Assembly: GCA_044341875.1 (NCBI GenBank)
Contig: JBIIQT010000008.1
Location: 3,393 to 67,392 of the forward strand
Reading direction: 5' to 3'
Source of the DNA: Chitinophagaceae bacterium
GTDB taxonomy: Bacteria; Bacteroidota; Bacteroidia; Chitinophagales; Chitinophagaceae
DNA: 64,000 nt
The notes beneath the pieces were generated by a model. That model searched no databases and was not told the origin of the DNA. It saw nothing but the letters and a program-made list of their open reading frames with translations. This document shows positions 30,806 through 40,014 of this stretch, in pieces. The position numbers were made by a program, and so were the translations under genes. How positions within the stretch are numbered: position 1 is the stretch's first letter; each line of letters opens with the position of its first letter.

Positions 30806-31735
30806 ATGCAGATTACAGGTACATTTTTGGATGAAATAAGCCACGACATTCCACACCAGAATTGGGGTGAAAAAGAATGGGACAAGGACTTTGAACACAT
30901 GAAGCGGGCGGGTATCAACACCGTTATCCTGATCCGGTCTGGGTACAGAAAATTTCTTACTTATCCATCCGCCTACCTGATCAACAAATACAATTGTTTT
31001 GCACCTCCTGTTGATCTGGTAGAATTGTTTCTCTCTCTTGCAGACAAACATGGGATGCAGTTTTATTTTGGGCTCTATGACAGTGGCATCTATTGGGACA
31101 CCAATGACATGTCTCACGAAATTGAAGCCAACCAATTCGTAGTGGAAGAGGTTTGGAGAAAATATGGCCATCATCCTTCATTCAAGGGCTGGTACCTCAG
31201 CATGGAAATCAGCCGAAAAACCAAAGGCGCTATTGACGCTTTCAGCACGCTTGGACAATTGTGCAAGGACATGAGCGGTGGTTTGCAAACATTGATCTCG
31301 CCATGGATCGATGGCCCCAAGGCCGTTGCTGCAGCTTCTGCCATTTTGAAAAAAGATCAGGCTGTTTCACTGTTGCAGCATGAACAAGAGTGGGATGAAA
31401 TTTTTGCAGGCATCCATCAACATGTTGATGTTGTTGCCTTTCAAGATGGGCATGTTGAGCTATCGGATTTGCAGGACTACCTCGAAGTGAACAAGCGGTT
31501 GGCAGAAAAGTACGGCATGAAAGCATGGACCAATACAGAAAGTTTTGACAGGGACATGCCCATTAAATTTTTCCCCATAAAATTTGAAAAGCTCAAACTC
31601 AAGCTGGAGGCTGCTGAAAGGGCAGGGTATGAAGAGGCCATTACTTTTGAATTCTCACATTTCATGAGTCCTCAATCTGCCTATGTTCAGGCACATCATT
31701 TGTACAACAGGTATATGGAATTTATCAATTATTGA
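30806..31735 (+). CDS. DUF4434 family putative glycoside hydrolase (cytoplasmic)
   Basis: ITGTFLDEISHDIPHQNWG, GINTVILIRSG, GWYLSMEIS and WTNTESFD motifs; no signal peptide; starts immediately after the symporter stop. Confidence 0.8.
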   Translation: MQITGTFLDEISHDIPHQNWGEKEWDKDFEHMKRAGINTVILIRSGYRKFLTYPSAYLINKYNCFAPPVDLVELFLSLADKHGMQFYFGLYDSGIYWDTNDMSHEIEANQFVVEEVWRKYGHHPSFKGWYLSMEISRKTKGAIDAFSTLGQLCKDMSGGLQTLISPWIDGPKAVAAASAILKKDQAVSLLQHEQEWDEIFAGIHQHVDVVAFQDGHVELSDLQDYLEVNKRLAEKYGMKAWTNTESFDRDMPIKFFPIKFEKLKLKLEAAERAGYEEAITFEFSHFMSPQSAYVQAHHLYNRYMEFINY

Positions 31736-31737
31736 AC

Positions 31738-32817
31738 ATGGGTAGAATTTTCAAACTGATCGCAGGTCTTTTCATTTGTTTGTTTACAAATGCTCAGGAA
31801 AGTCCTGTGCGCGGCACCTGGGTAACCAATGTTGCCAGTGAGGCTTTGAATTCCCGGGAAAACATCAAAAATGTGGTAGACCAAAGCAAGGCTGCAGGTT
31901 TAAATCATTTGTTTGTGGTGGTGTGGAACAGAGGCGTTACCATCTATCCCAGCAAGGTGTTGCAAAAATACATTGGTGTGAAACAGGATGATCATTACCC
32001 AGGCCGCGATCCTCTGCAAGAGATGATTGAGGAGGCGCACAAGCAGGGCATCAAGGTTCATGCCTGGTTTGAGTTTGGTTTTTCCTATGGCTACAAGGAT
32101 ACAAGTTCTGCATGGTTCAAGCGATATCCTGAATGGTTGGGCAGAAACAATAAAGGTGAACTCCTGCAAAAAAATGGTTTTTATTGGTGGAATGCCCTGC
32201 ATCCGGGCCCGCAGCGTTTGATGCGTGAGTTGGTATTGGAAGTGGTAAAGCAATATGACATAGATGGCGTTCAGGGTGATGACCGCTTGCCCGCAATGCC
32301 TGCTGAAGGTGGATTTGATGCATATACTGCAGCACTGTACAAAAAAGATAAAGAACTTGGCTTGCCCTTTGATAATCCCAAGGATCAAGCGTTTATTCAA
32401 TGGAAAGCAGACAAGCTCAGCCTGTTTTGCAAATCCCTGTATGAAGCTGTTAAGCAACAAAGGGGAGCTTGTATCGTTTCATGGGCCCCCAGCATTTATC
32501 CATGGTCAAAAGAGCAGTATTTGCAGGATTGGCCAACCTGGCTTAAGGGCGGTTATGCTGATTTTGTCATTCCTCAACTCTACCGGTACAAGTTGGCTGA
32601 TTATGAAAAGATTCTCAAAGAGCTTGCCGCTCAGGTACCGCCAAGCTTGTTGAAAAAGGTTTACCCTGGTATCCTCACTTCTCTCGGCGATGGTTACCAG
32701 GCCAGCCCTGAAATGATGGCACAGATGATTTCCCTGAACAGGAAATATGGTTTTGATGGTGAGGTTTTCTTTTATTATGAAACATTGAACAAGGTGCCAT
32801 CATTCAAGATTGAGTGA
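31738..32817 (+). CDS. GHL10/DUF187 family hydrolase (Sec-exported)
   Basis: Signal peptide, VRGTWV, GRDPLQEMI, GIKVHAWFEFG and IDGVQGDD motifs; paralog of 27665-28870. Confidence 0.85.
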   Translation: MGRIFKLIAGLFICLFTNAQESPVRGTWVTNVASEALNSRENIKNVVDQSKAAGLNHLFVVVWNRGVTIYPSKVLQKYIGVKQDDHYPGRDPLQEMIEEAHKQGIKVHAWFEFGFSYGYKDTSSAWFKRYPEWLGRNNKGELLQKNGFYWWNALHPGPQRLMRELVLEVVKQYDIDGVQGDDRLPAMPAEGGFDAYTAALYKKDKELGLPFDNPKDQAFIQWKADKLSLFCKSLYEAVKQQRGACIVSWAPSIYPWSKEQYLQDWPTWLKGGYADFVIPQLYRYKLADYEKILKELAAQVPPSLLKKVYPGILTSLGDGYQASPEMMAQMISLNRKYGFDGEVFFYYETLNKVPSFKIE

Positions 32818-32856
32818 TAGCTGAATCATATTTTTATTTTATAAAATCCAGACATT

Positions 32857-33867
32857 ATGTACAAGTTCCTGATTTGTTTGTTGCTGATTTCCTGCTCAAA
32901 AAAGAACGATACCGGTCCGGTTGCACCTCCTACACCTGTTACCCCTCCCGTGGTCAAAACAACGGCCAAGTTGATGACCCTGCCTTCAGGGTGGAAATTT
33001 TCCGTCAACCTTTCCAATGGCTTTCCAGATGCCATTGAGGCATATGAGTTTGATTCTTTGGTTCAAGGTTCCAAAGTAAAAGCTTTTGCTGTTGCATTCA
33101 ATCCCAAAAACAGTCCCATTGAATTCAAGCCTGTATTGTCTGCTACAGCAAAAAAGCCTTCAGAATTTTATACACAGGAGCAGGGCGTCGTTTATGCCTG
33201 CATCAATGGTGGATTTTTTGGCGGTAGTCAGTCTTACAGCCTGGTCAAGTACAACAACAGCGTATTGTCTGCCAATATCAAATCAGTGAGCCGTACGTAT
33301 AATGGACTAAGTACCCCTTATTTTCCTACCCGGGCTGCATTTGGTATCAATACGACAGGAGATCCCTCCGTTGCATGGATTTACCATGTTGGAACGGGGA
33401 ATGATAAGGTATTCCAATACCCCCTGCCAAGTGCCAATCAATTAGGGACCCAACCCAAGCAGCAACCGGATGAAAATTTTCCTGCCGGCGGAACAGAATG
33501 GCAGGTGCTTTCAGCCATCGGAGGCTCACCGATGTTGATAAAAGCAGGTGCAATCAGTATATCTGACAAAGAGGAATTGATTGATATCAACAATACCACT
33601 TCAAGGCCAAGGTCTGCTATCGGCGCCACAACCGGGGGGCTGGTACTGGTATTGGCCATTGAAGGAGATAACCCCAGTGCTGGTTATCCCGGGATCAATT
33701 TGGCCGATTTGGCAAAAATGTTGAAAGACCTGGGTTGCAGGGATGCCATCAATCTTGATGGTGGAGGGTCTACCGGCTTAATTGTGAACAACCGTCAAAC
33801 GGTAAGGCCCGGCGATAATGGCGTAGAAAGGATTGTTCCAAGTGTTGTGGTCATCAAAAAGAAATAA
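32857..33867 (+). CDS. Phosphodiester glycosidase (NAGPA/DUF2233) family lipoprotein
   Basis: Lipobox LLISC, Pro-rich linker, INGGFF, RPRSAIG and AINLDGGGST motifs. Confidence 0.88.
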   Translation: MYKFLICLLLISCSKKNDTGPVAPPTPVTPPVVKTTAKLMTLPSGWKFSVNLSNGFPDAIEAYEFDSLVQGSKVKAFAVAFNPKNSPIEFKPVLSATAKKPSEFYTQEQGVVYACINGGFFGGSQSYSLVKYNNSVLSANIKSVSRTYNGLSTPYFPTRAAFGINTTGDPSVAWIYHVGTGNDKVFQYPLPSANQLGTQPKQQPDENFPAGGTEWQVLSAIGGSPMLIKAGAISISDKEELIDINNTTSRPRSAIGATTGGLVLVLAIEGDNPSAGYPGINLADLAKMLKDLGCRDAINLDGGGSTGLIVNNRQTVRPGDNGVERIVPSVVVIKKK

Positions 33868-33872
33868 ATCGC

Positions 33873-33880
33873 TAATTTTG
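33873..33880 (+). promoter_or_regulatory. -7 promoter element for lpdA (TAATTTTG)
   Basis: Exact consensus 26 nt before the ATG. Confidence 0.6.
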
Positions 33881-33906
33881 CCCCTGAAATTTAAAATAAA
33901 TATCTC

Positions 33907-35313
33907 ATGGCATACGATGTTCTAGTATTAGGTAGTGGTCCTGGTGGTTATCCTGCTGCGATCAGGGCTTCTCAGCTTGGCTTCAAAGTGGCAATTATCG
34001 AAAAGGAAAGTCTTGGAGGCGTTTGTCTCAACTGGGGTTGTATCCCTACCAAGGCGCTCTTGAAAAGTGCCCAGGTATATGAGTACATGAAGCATAGTGC
34101 TGACTATGGCATCAAGAGTTCAGGCGTTGAACATGATTTCGAGGCCGTGGTGAAAAGAAGCCGTGGCGTAGCCGATAAGATGAGCAAGGGCGTTCAGTTT
34201 CTTATGAAAAAGAACAAGATCGATGTGGTCATGGGCTATGGCAAGATTGCAGGAAAAGGCAAGGTTGAAGTAACTGCCGCGGACGGTAAAAAACAAATTG
34301 TTGAAGGAAAATACATCATCATCGCTACGGGTGCCAGAACCCGTCAGTTGCCTAATCTTCCACAGGATGGCAAAAAAATCATTGGCTACCGCGAAGCAAT
34401 GGTGCTTCCACAGCAACCCAAATCCATGATTGTGGTGGGCAGTGGTGCCATTGGTGTAGAGTTTGCAGATTTCTACAATACCATGGGCACCAAAGTGACC
34501 GTGGTGGAGTTCATGGACCGCATTGTTCCTGTTGAAGATGCAGACATCAGCAAAGAGCTTGAAAAGCAATTGAAGAAAAAGGGGGTCACCGTGCTTACTT
34601 CCAGTGAAGTGACCAAGGTAGATACTTCAGGTGCAGGCGTAAAAGCCACTGTGAAGAGTGCTGCAGGTGAATCTGTTCTTGAGGCAGAAATCCTGTTGAG
34701 CGCCGTGGGTATTGCTCCCAATATTGAAAACATCGGTCTTGAAGAAAACGGGATCAAGGTTGAAAAGGGTAGGATTGTGGTAGACAAAGGCCAGCAAACA
34801 TCTGTTGCAGGTATTTATGCCATTGGAGACTGTTCTCCTGGTCAGGCCCTTGCCCACGTTGCAGGAAAGGAAGGCATCAATGCAGCTGAAAGCATTGGTT
34901 ACCTGGAGAAGAAATGTAACCACAAACCTGATGCCATTGACTACAACAATATTCCTGGCTGTACCTACTGCTCGCCAGAAATCGCCTCAGTTGGATTCAC
35001 TGAAAAAGCGGCAAAGGATGCAGGATACGAGGTAAAGGTGGGTAAATTCCCCTTCATGGCCAGCGGAAAGGCAAGTGCTTCAGGCAATACCGATGGATTT
35101 GTGAAAGTAATTTTCGATGCCAAATACGGCGAGTTCCTCGGTGCCCACATGATTGGCGCCGGCGTAACTGAGATGATTGCTGAAGTGGTGGTCGCCCGCA
35201 AGCTCGAAACCACTCACCATGAGATCCTCAATGCCATTCACCCCCATCCTACCATGAGTGAAGCCGTAAAAGAAGCTGTGGCTGCTGCTTATGGCGAGGC
35301 GATTGACATTTAA
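33907..35313 (+). CDS. lpdA: Dihydrolipoyl dehydrogenase
   Basis: GSGPGGY, GGVCLNWGCIPTK redox disulfide and HPHPTMSE motifs. Confidence 0.96.
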   Translation: MAYDVLVLGSGPGGYPAAIRASQLGFKVAIIEKESLGGVCLNWGCIPTKALLKSAQVYEYMKHSADYGIKSSGVEHDFEAVVKRSRGVADKMSKGVQFLMKKNKIDVVMGYGKIAGKGKVEVTAADGKKQIVEGKYIIIATGARTRQLPNLPQDGKKIIGYREAMVLPQQPKSMIVVGSGAIGVEFADFYNTMGTKVTVVEFMDRIVPVEDADISKELEKQLKKKGVTVLTSSEVTKVDTSGAGVKATVKSAAGESVLEAEILLSAVGIAPNIENIGLEENGIKVEKGRIVVDKGQQTSVAGIYAIGDCSPGQALAHVAGKEGINAAESIGYLEKKCNHKPDAIDYNNIPGCTYCSPEIASVGFTEKAAKDAGYEVKVGKFPFMASGKASASGNTDGFVKVIFDAKYGEFLGAHMIGAGVTEMIAEVVVARKLETTHHEILNAIHPHPTMSEAVKEAVAAAYGEAIDI

Positions 35314-35360
35314 TCGTTGAAGGAGTTGAATTTTTATTTTGTTGATTTGCATTTTATCGC

Positions 35361-35368
35361 TACATTTG
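35361..35368 (+). promoter_or_regulatory. -7 promoter element for the rpmB operon (TACATTTG)
   Basis: Exact consensus 21 nt before the rpmB ATG. Confidence 0.7.
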
Positions 35369-35389
35369 CACTCCCTAAAAAATTAGTTT

Positions 35390-35626
35390 ATGGCACGAGT
35401 ATGTCAGGTTACAGGAAAGCGCCCTATCACAGGAAACAAGGTTTCCCATTCCAATATTAAGACGAAGCGTCGTTTTCTTCCTAACCTTCAGACCAAGCGT
35501 TTCTTCCTCGCAGAAGAAGACAAATGGGTTACATTGAAGCTTTCTTCAGATGCGATCCGCACCATCAACAAGAATGGTCTGTACAGTGTTGTAAAGGAAT
35601 TGAGGGCTTCAGGCGTAAGCATTTAA
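35390..35626 (+). CDS. rpmB: 50S ribosomal protein L28
   Basis: [10 protein letters not shown]...[20 protein letters not shown]. Confidence 0.97.
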   Translation: MARVCQVTGKRPITGNKVSHSNIKTKRRFLPNLQTKRFFLAEEDKWVTLKLSSDAIRTINKNGLYSVVKELRASGVSI

Positions 35627-35647
35627 TCATCGTAATAAACCAAAGCA

Positions 35648-35830
35648 ATGGCTAAGAAAGGTAACAGGGTTCAGGTGATATTGGAGTGCACAGAGCACAA
35701 AACCAGCGGATTGGCAGGTACAAGCCGTTATGTCACCACCAAAAACAAGAAAAATACGCCTGAGCGTATGGAGTTGAAGAAATACAACCCCATCATGAAA
35801 AAATGTACTGTTCACAAAGAAATTAAATAA
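35648..35830 (+). CDS. rpmG: 50S ribosomal protein L33
   Basis: [17 protein letters not shown]...[22 protein letters not shown]. Confidence 0.97.
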   Translation: MAKKGNRVQVILECTEHKTSGLAGTSRYVTTKNKKNTPERMELKKYNPIMKKCTVHKEIK

Positions 35831-35832
35831 TC

Positions 35833-36003
35833 ATGGCAAAAACAGCTTCAAAAAACGCGAAAGTAAAAGATCTTAAAGCATCTGCCGAAGCCAAGAACTG
35901 GACCAAGGTTATCAGGGCTGTAAGAAGTCCTAAAACTGGCGCCTACACATTTAAAGAGGCAATCGTTCACAAGGATAAGGTGAAGGATTATCTTGGTCAA
36001 TAA
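35833..36003 (+). CDS. DUF4295 family small protein (56 aa; not in ORF track)
   Basis: Hand translation MAKTASKNAK...WTKVIRAVRSPKTGAYTFKEAIVHKDKVKDYLGQ; position after rpmG. Confidence 0.88.
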   Translation: MAKTASKNAKVKDLKASAEAKNWTKVIRAVRSPKTGAYTFKEAIVHKDKVKDYLGQ

Positions 36004-36026
36004 GCCAATGCTGGTAAATTATTTTA

Positions 36027-36066
36027 AGAGCTGTTCCGTTTAACTATTCGGGACAGCTTTTGTTTT
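36027..36066 (+). terminator. Hairpin plus T-run after DUF4295
   Basis: agagctgttccg...cgggacagcttt followed by tgtttt. Confidence 0.6.
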
Positions 36067-36108
36067 AAGGGGATCTGAGCATCAATGGCAAAATTTAATA
36101 TCTAGGTT

Positions 36109-37065
36109 ATGGGATTTTTTGACAGGCTTTTTGGTAAAAAAGAGAAGGAGCAGCTCGACAAGGGTCTTGAGAAGACCAGGGAAACTTTTTTTTCCAGGGT
36201 CACCAAAGCCATTGCCGGGAAGTCTGCCGTTGATGACGAGGTCCTTGACCAGTTGGAAGAAGCCTTGATCACCGCAGACGTAGGAGTCGATACCACATTG
36301 GCCATCATTGAGAAAATTCAGGAAAGGGTATCAAAAGATAAATACCTCGGTACAGAGGAATTGAATGGCATTCTTCAGGAAGAGATCAGGGCCATTTTGG
36401 TGGAGGATGAAGATGATACCCTTAAACGATTTGATATCCCAGAGGGAAAGAAACCATTTGTCATGCTTGTGGTTGGCGTCAACGGAGTGGGAAAGACAAC
36501 CACTATTGGTAAGCTTGCAACCAATTTCAAGGCTGCAGGAAAAACAGTAATGCTGGGTGCTGCAGATACATTTCGTGCTGCAGCGGTCGATCAGCTGACC
36601 ATTTGGAGTGAGCGGGCTGGTGTTGCCATTGTAAAAAAGGAAATGGGCAGTGATCCTGCCTCTGTAGCTTTTGATACGGTCAACAGCGCCGTTGCCAAAG
36701 ACGTTGATATTGTTATTATTGATACTGCAGGAAGGTTGCACAACAAGGCCCATTTGATGGAAGAGTTGAGCAAGATCAAGCGTGTCATTCAGAAGGTCAT
36801 CCCTGATGCACCCCATGAAACCTTGCTGGTGCTTGACGGAACCACAGGTCAAAATGCCATTGAGCAGGCCCGTCATTTCTCGGCAGCTACAGATGTGTCT
36901 GCCCTTGCCATCACCAAACTTGATGGTACGGCAAAAGGAGGAATCGTATTGGCCATTGCCAATCAATTCAAGATTCCGGTGAAATTCATTGGGGTTGGCG
37001 AACAGGCTTCAGACCTGATTGTATTTGATAAAAAAGCTTTTGTGGAAGGACTTTTCAAGTTGTAG
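36109..37065 (+). CDS. ftsY: Signal recognition particle receptor FtsY
   Basis: GVNGVGKTTTIGK, DTFRAAA, DTAGR and TKLDGTAKGG motifs. Confidence 0.97.
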   Translation: MGFFDRLFGKKEKEQLDKGLEKTRETFFSRVTKAIAGKSAVDDEVLDQLEEALITADVGVDTTLAIIEKIQERVSKDKYLGTEELNGILQEEIRAILVEDEDDTLKRFDIPEGKKPFVMLVVGVNGVGKTTTIGKLATNFKAAGKTVMLGAADTFRAAAVDQLTIWSERAGVAIVKKEMGSDPASVAFDTVNSAVAKDVDIVIIDTAGRLHNKAHLMEELSKIKRVIQKVIPDAPHETLLVLDGTTGQNAIEQARHFSAATDVSALAITKLDGTAKGGIVLAIANQFKIPVKFIGVGEQASDLIVFDKKAFVEGLFKL

Positions 37066-37069
37066 AAAA

Positions 37070-38377
37070 ATGAAATCAAAAACCATAAAGAAAGACAAGG
37101 TCAACATCATCACACTGGGATGCAGCAAAAACATGGTGGACAGTGAGGTATTGAGCGGGCAGTTGCAGGCCAATGCTTTTGATGTTGTGCATGAAAATAA
37201 AAAACTGGACCACAATATTGTCATTGTCAATACCTGTGGATTCATCGATAAGGCAAAAGAGGAAAGCGTTAATACCATCCTGGATCAGGTCGACTTGAAG
37301 AAAAAAGGAAAGCTGGACAAGGTCTATGTTACGGGTTGCCTCAGCGAACGCTACAAGCAAAACCTTGAAACAGAAATTCCTGAAGTGGATGCCTATTTCG
37401 GCACCATGGAATTGCCGGGATTGCTGGCTGTTTTGAATGCTGATTACAAGACCGAGTTGGTTGGTGAGCGCTTGCTCAGCACCCCTTCCCACTATGCGTA
37501 TATGAAGATCAGTGAAGGCTGCAACAGGACCTGCTCTTTCTGTGCCATCCCGCTGATGCGTGGTGATCACCGCAGCAAACCAATGGAAGAACTCATACTG
37601 GAGGCTGAGAAGCTTGTTAAAATGGGAGTAAAGGAGTTGATGCTGATTGCCCAGGAACTGACCTATTATGGTCTTGATCTCTACAAGAAAAGGATGTTGC
37701 CTGAACTATTGAAAAAGTTGGCAGCTGTAGAGGGTATTGAATGGATCAGGCTTCATTATGCTTATCCATCAAAGTTCCCATTGGATATCATTGATGTGAT
37801 GAAGGAGGAGCCTAAAATCTGCAATTACCTGGATATGCCATTGCAGCATGCCAGTGATAACATGCTCAAGGCCATGAAACGGCAAATTACGCGTCAGGAA
37901 ATGAAAGACCTGATTGGCGAGATCCGTTCCAGGATTCCTGGTATCTGTCTTCGCACTACATTGATTGCAGGATTTCCCGGAGAAACAAGGGAAGATGTAG
38001 AGGAAGTGAAAGAATTTCTGGCTGAAATGCAGTTCGATCGTGTTGGGATTTTTACTTACTCTCATGAGGAAGATACATCAGCCCATGCCCTGGAAGACAC
38101 TCTGAGCGCAGAAGAGAAAGAGGAGAGGGCACAGGAGATCATTGAGTTTCAGCAAGAAATCAGCTTTGAAAAAAACCAGTCCATGATTGGCCAAACGCTT
38201 AAAGTGATTGTTGACAAAAAAGAGGCGGGAAGGTATATCGGAAGAACGGAATTTGACAGTGTAGAGGTAGACAATGAAGTGATCATTCATTCTTCCCGTA
38301 AATTGAACCCCGGAGACTTTGTGAATGTTATCATCACCAAGGCCTATGATTATGATCTTGAAGGGGAAGTTGTATAA
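37070..38377 (+). CDS. rimO: Ribosomal protein S12 methylthiotransferase
   Basis: TLGCSKNMVDSE, NTCGFI, radical SAM CNRTCSFC motif and TRAM domain. Start ATG 37070. Confidence 0.93.
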   Translation: MKSKTIKKDKVNIITLGCSKNMVDSEVLSGQLQANAFDVVHENKKLDHNIVIVNTCGFIDKAKEESVNTILDQVDLKKKGKLDKVYVTGCLSERYKQNLETEIPEVDAYFGTMELPGLLAVLNADYKTELVGERLLSTPSHYAYMKISEGCNRTCSFCAIPLMRGDHRSKPMEELILEAEKLVKMGVKELMLIAQELTYYGLDLYKKRMLPELLKKLAAVEGIEWIRLHYAYPSKFPLDIIDVMKEEPKICNYLDMPLQHASDNMLKAMKRQITRQEMKDLIGEIRSRIPGICLRTTLIAGFPGETREDVEEVKEFLAEMQFDRVGIFTYSHEEDTSAHALEDTLSAEEKEERAQEIIEFQQEISFEKNQSMIGQTLKVIVDKKEAGRYIGRTEFDSVEVDNEVIIHSSRKLNPGDFVNVIITKAYDYDLEGEVV

Positions 38378-38413
38378 ACGGTTATTGAATTTTTAAAACC
38401 ATCATTCATCAAT

Positions 38414-40012
38414 TTGGAAACCTCCTGTCGATACATCGATTACGAAAATACCGGAATGTTTTCCCGTTTGATTGCGGATTATCTTGGCGACGGGATGTTC
38501 ATCAAAGATTTTTATGCGCATCCGACGAATTTGGAAGGCATAGCAGCGTCCATCGAAGCGAGAAGAAAATTTCCTACGGATAGAAGCCGCATCGTTTCAG
38601 TATTTAAAGAGGCGTATGCGCATTCCAATCCATCACCCAAGCAACTGGAGAACATTGAATGGATGGCTGCAGACAATACATTTACCATTTGCACAGCACA
38701 CCAGCCCAATATTTTCTCAGGATATCTCTATTTTATTTACAAGACGGCCCACGTGATCGCCCTGTCTCAAAATCTTTCAAAAGATTTCCCCGACTGCAGG
38801 TTCGTGCCGGTTTTCTATATTGGAAGCGAAGACAATGATCTTGATGAGCTCTCTGCATTCAACCTCAACCACAAGAAACACAGGTGGGAAACCAATCAAA
38901 CTGGTGCAGTGGGAAGGATGATGGCCGATGATGGCGTTGAAGCGCTCATCAAAATGGTGGAGTCATCACTCATTCATCTTCCCTTTGCGAAGGAAATCAT
39001 TGCGATCATTAGGAAAGCCTATGCCAAGGGAAATGACATGGCGCAAGGCACCTTTATTCTGCTGAATGAACTGTTTCGTGATCAAGGTTTACTGGTACTT
39101 CAGCCTGACAATGCTTCACTAAAGGAGCAGATGAAATCTGTATTTAGAGATGATTTGCTCCAAAATGCTGCACAACAGATTGTTGGAGAAACCAATGCAA
39201 GACTTGAAAAGCAATATAAGTTACAGGTCAATCCCAGGCCCGTCAATTTATTTTATTTGCGTGATGGAATAAGGAACAGGATTGATAAAAGAGGAAATCT
39301 TTATACGGTCGATGAAACAGTCATCCGGTTCACAGAAGCAGAGATTCTTGCGGAGTTGGATGAACATCCTGAGCGGTTCAGTCCCAATGTAATCCTTAGG
39401 GGTATTTACCAAGAAACGATCCTGCCCAATATTTTGTTTGTGGGTGGCGGCTCTGAGGTGGCTTATTGGATGCAGCTGAAAGGGCTCTTCAGCCATTACA
39501 AAGTACCTTTTCCTGTGTTGCTTTTGCGCAACAGCTTTATGCTCATGGATGCAAATCATGAGCACAAGATGAAGGAGTTGGATATTGATGATGCTGATCT
39601 GTTCAAGGAAGAAACTTCCCTGGCCAATGAACTGGTCCAACGCTGGGCTGGTGCTGAGTTGTCGTTGAAAACTGAAGAAAGGGAAAGCCGTGAACTCTTC
39701 AATCATTTGAGAAAAAGGGCAGCAGCAATTGATAAAACGCTTGTTCAGCATGTCCATTCATTGGAAGTAGATCACTTGAAGAAGCTGGAGACATTGGAAA
39801 AGAAAATGCTCAAGGCAGAACGCAAGAAACAATCCATTCAATTGCAGCGCATCTGGAAACTGAAGGCAGAGCTGTTCCCCAGCAATACATTACAAGAAAG
39901 GGTAGATAATTTTATGCCTTACTATGCACAATACGGTCCTTCGTTTATGGACGTAATTCTGAAGCACTCACTGGCTTTGGAGCAGAGGTTTGGGGTTATT
40001 GTTATTGGTTGA
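38414..40012 (+). CDS. bshC: Bacillithiol biosynthesis cysteine-adding enzyme
   Basis: TAHQPNIF, GSEDND, RFSPNVILR..YQETILP, GGGSEVAYW and LQERVDN motifs; TTG start. Confidence 0.9.
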   Translation: METSCRYIDYENTGMFSRLIADYLGDGMFIKDFYAHPTNLEGIAASIEARRKFPTDRSRIVSVFKEAYAHSNPSPKQLENIEWMAADNTFTICTAHQPNIFSGYLYFIYKTAHVIALSQNLSKDFPDCRFVPVFYIGSEDNDLDELSAFNLNHKKHRWETNQTGAVGRMMADDGVEALIKMVESSLIHLPFAKEIIAIIRKAYAKGNDMAQGTFILLNELFRDQGLLVLQPDNASLKEQMKSVFRDDLLQNAAQQIVGETNARLEKQYKLQVNPRPVNLFYLRDGIRNRIDKRGNLYTVDETVIRFTEAEILAELDEHPERFSPNVILRGIYQETILPNILFVGGGSEVAYWMQLKGLFSHYKVPFPVLLLRNSFMLMDANHEHKMKELDIDDADLFKEETSLANELVQRWAGAELSLKTEERESRELFNHLRKRAAAIDKTLVQHVHSLEVDHLKKLETLEKKMLKAERKKQSIQLQRIWKLKAELFPSNTLQERVDNFMPYYAQYGPSFMDVILKHSLALEQRFGVIVIG

Positions 40013-40014
40013 AC

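Noticed and set aside
35390-35830. Zinc-free L28/L33 as a zinc-starvation paralog system
   Set aside because: These sit in the standard Bacteroidota operon, where the non-CxxC forms are expected.
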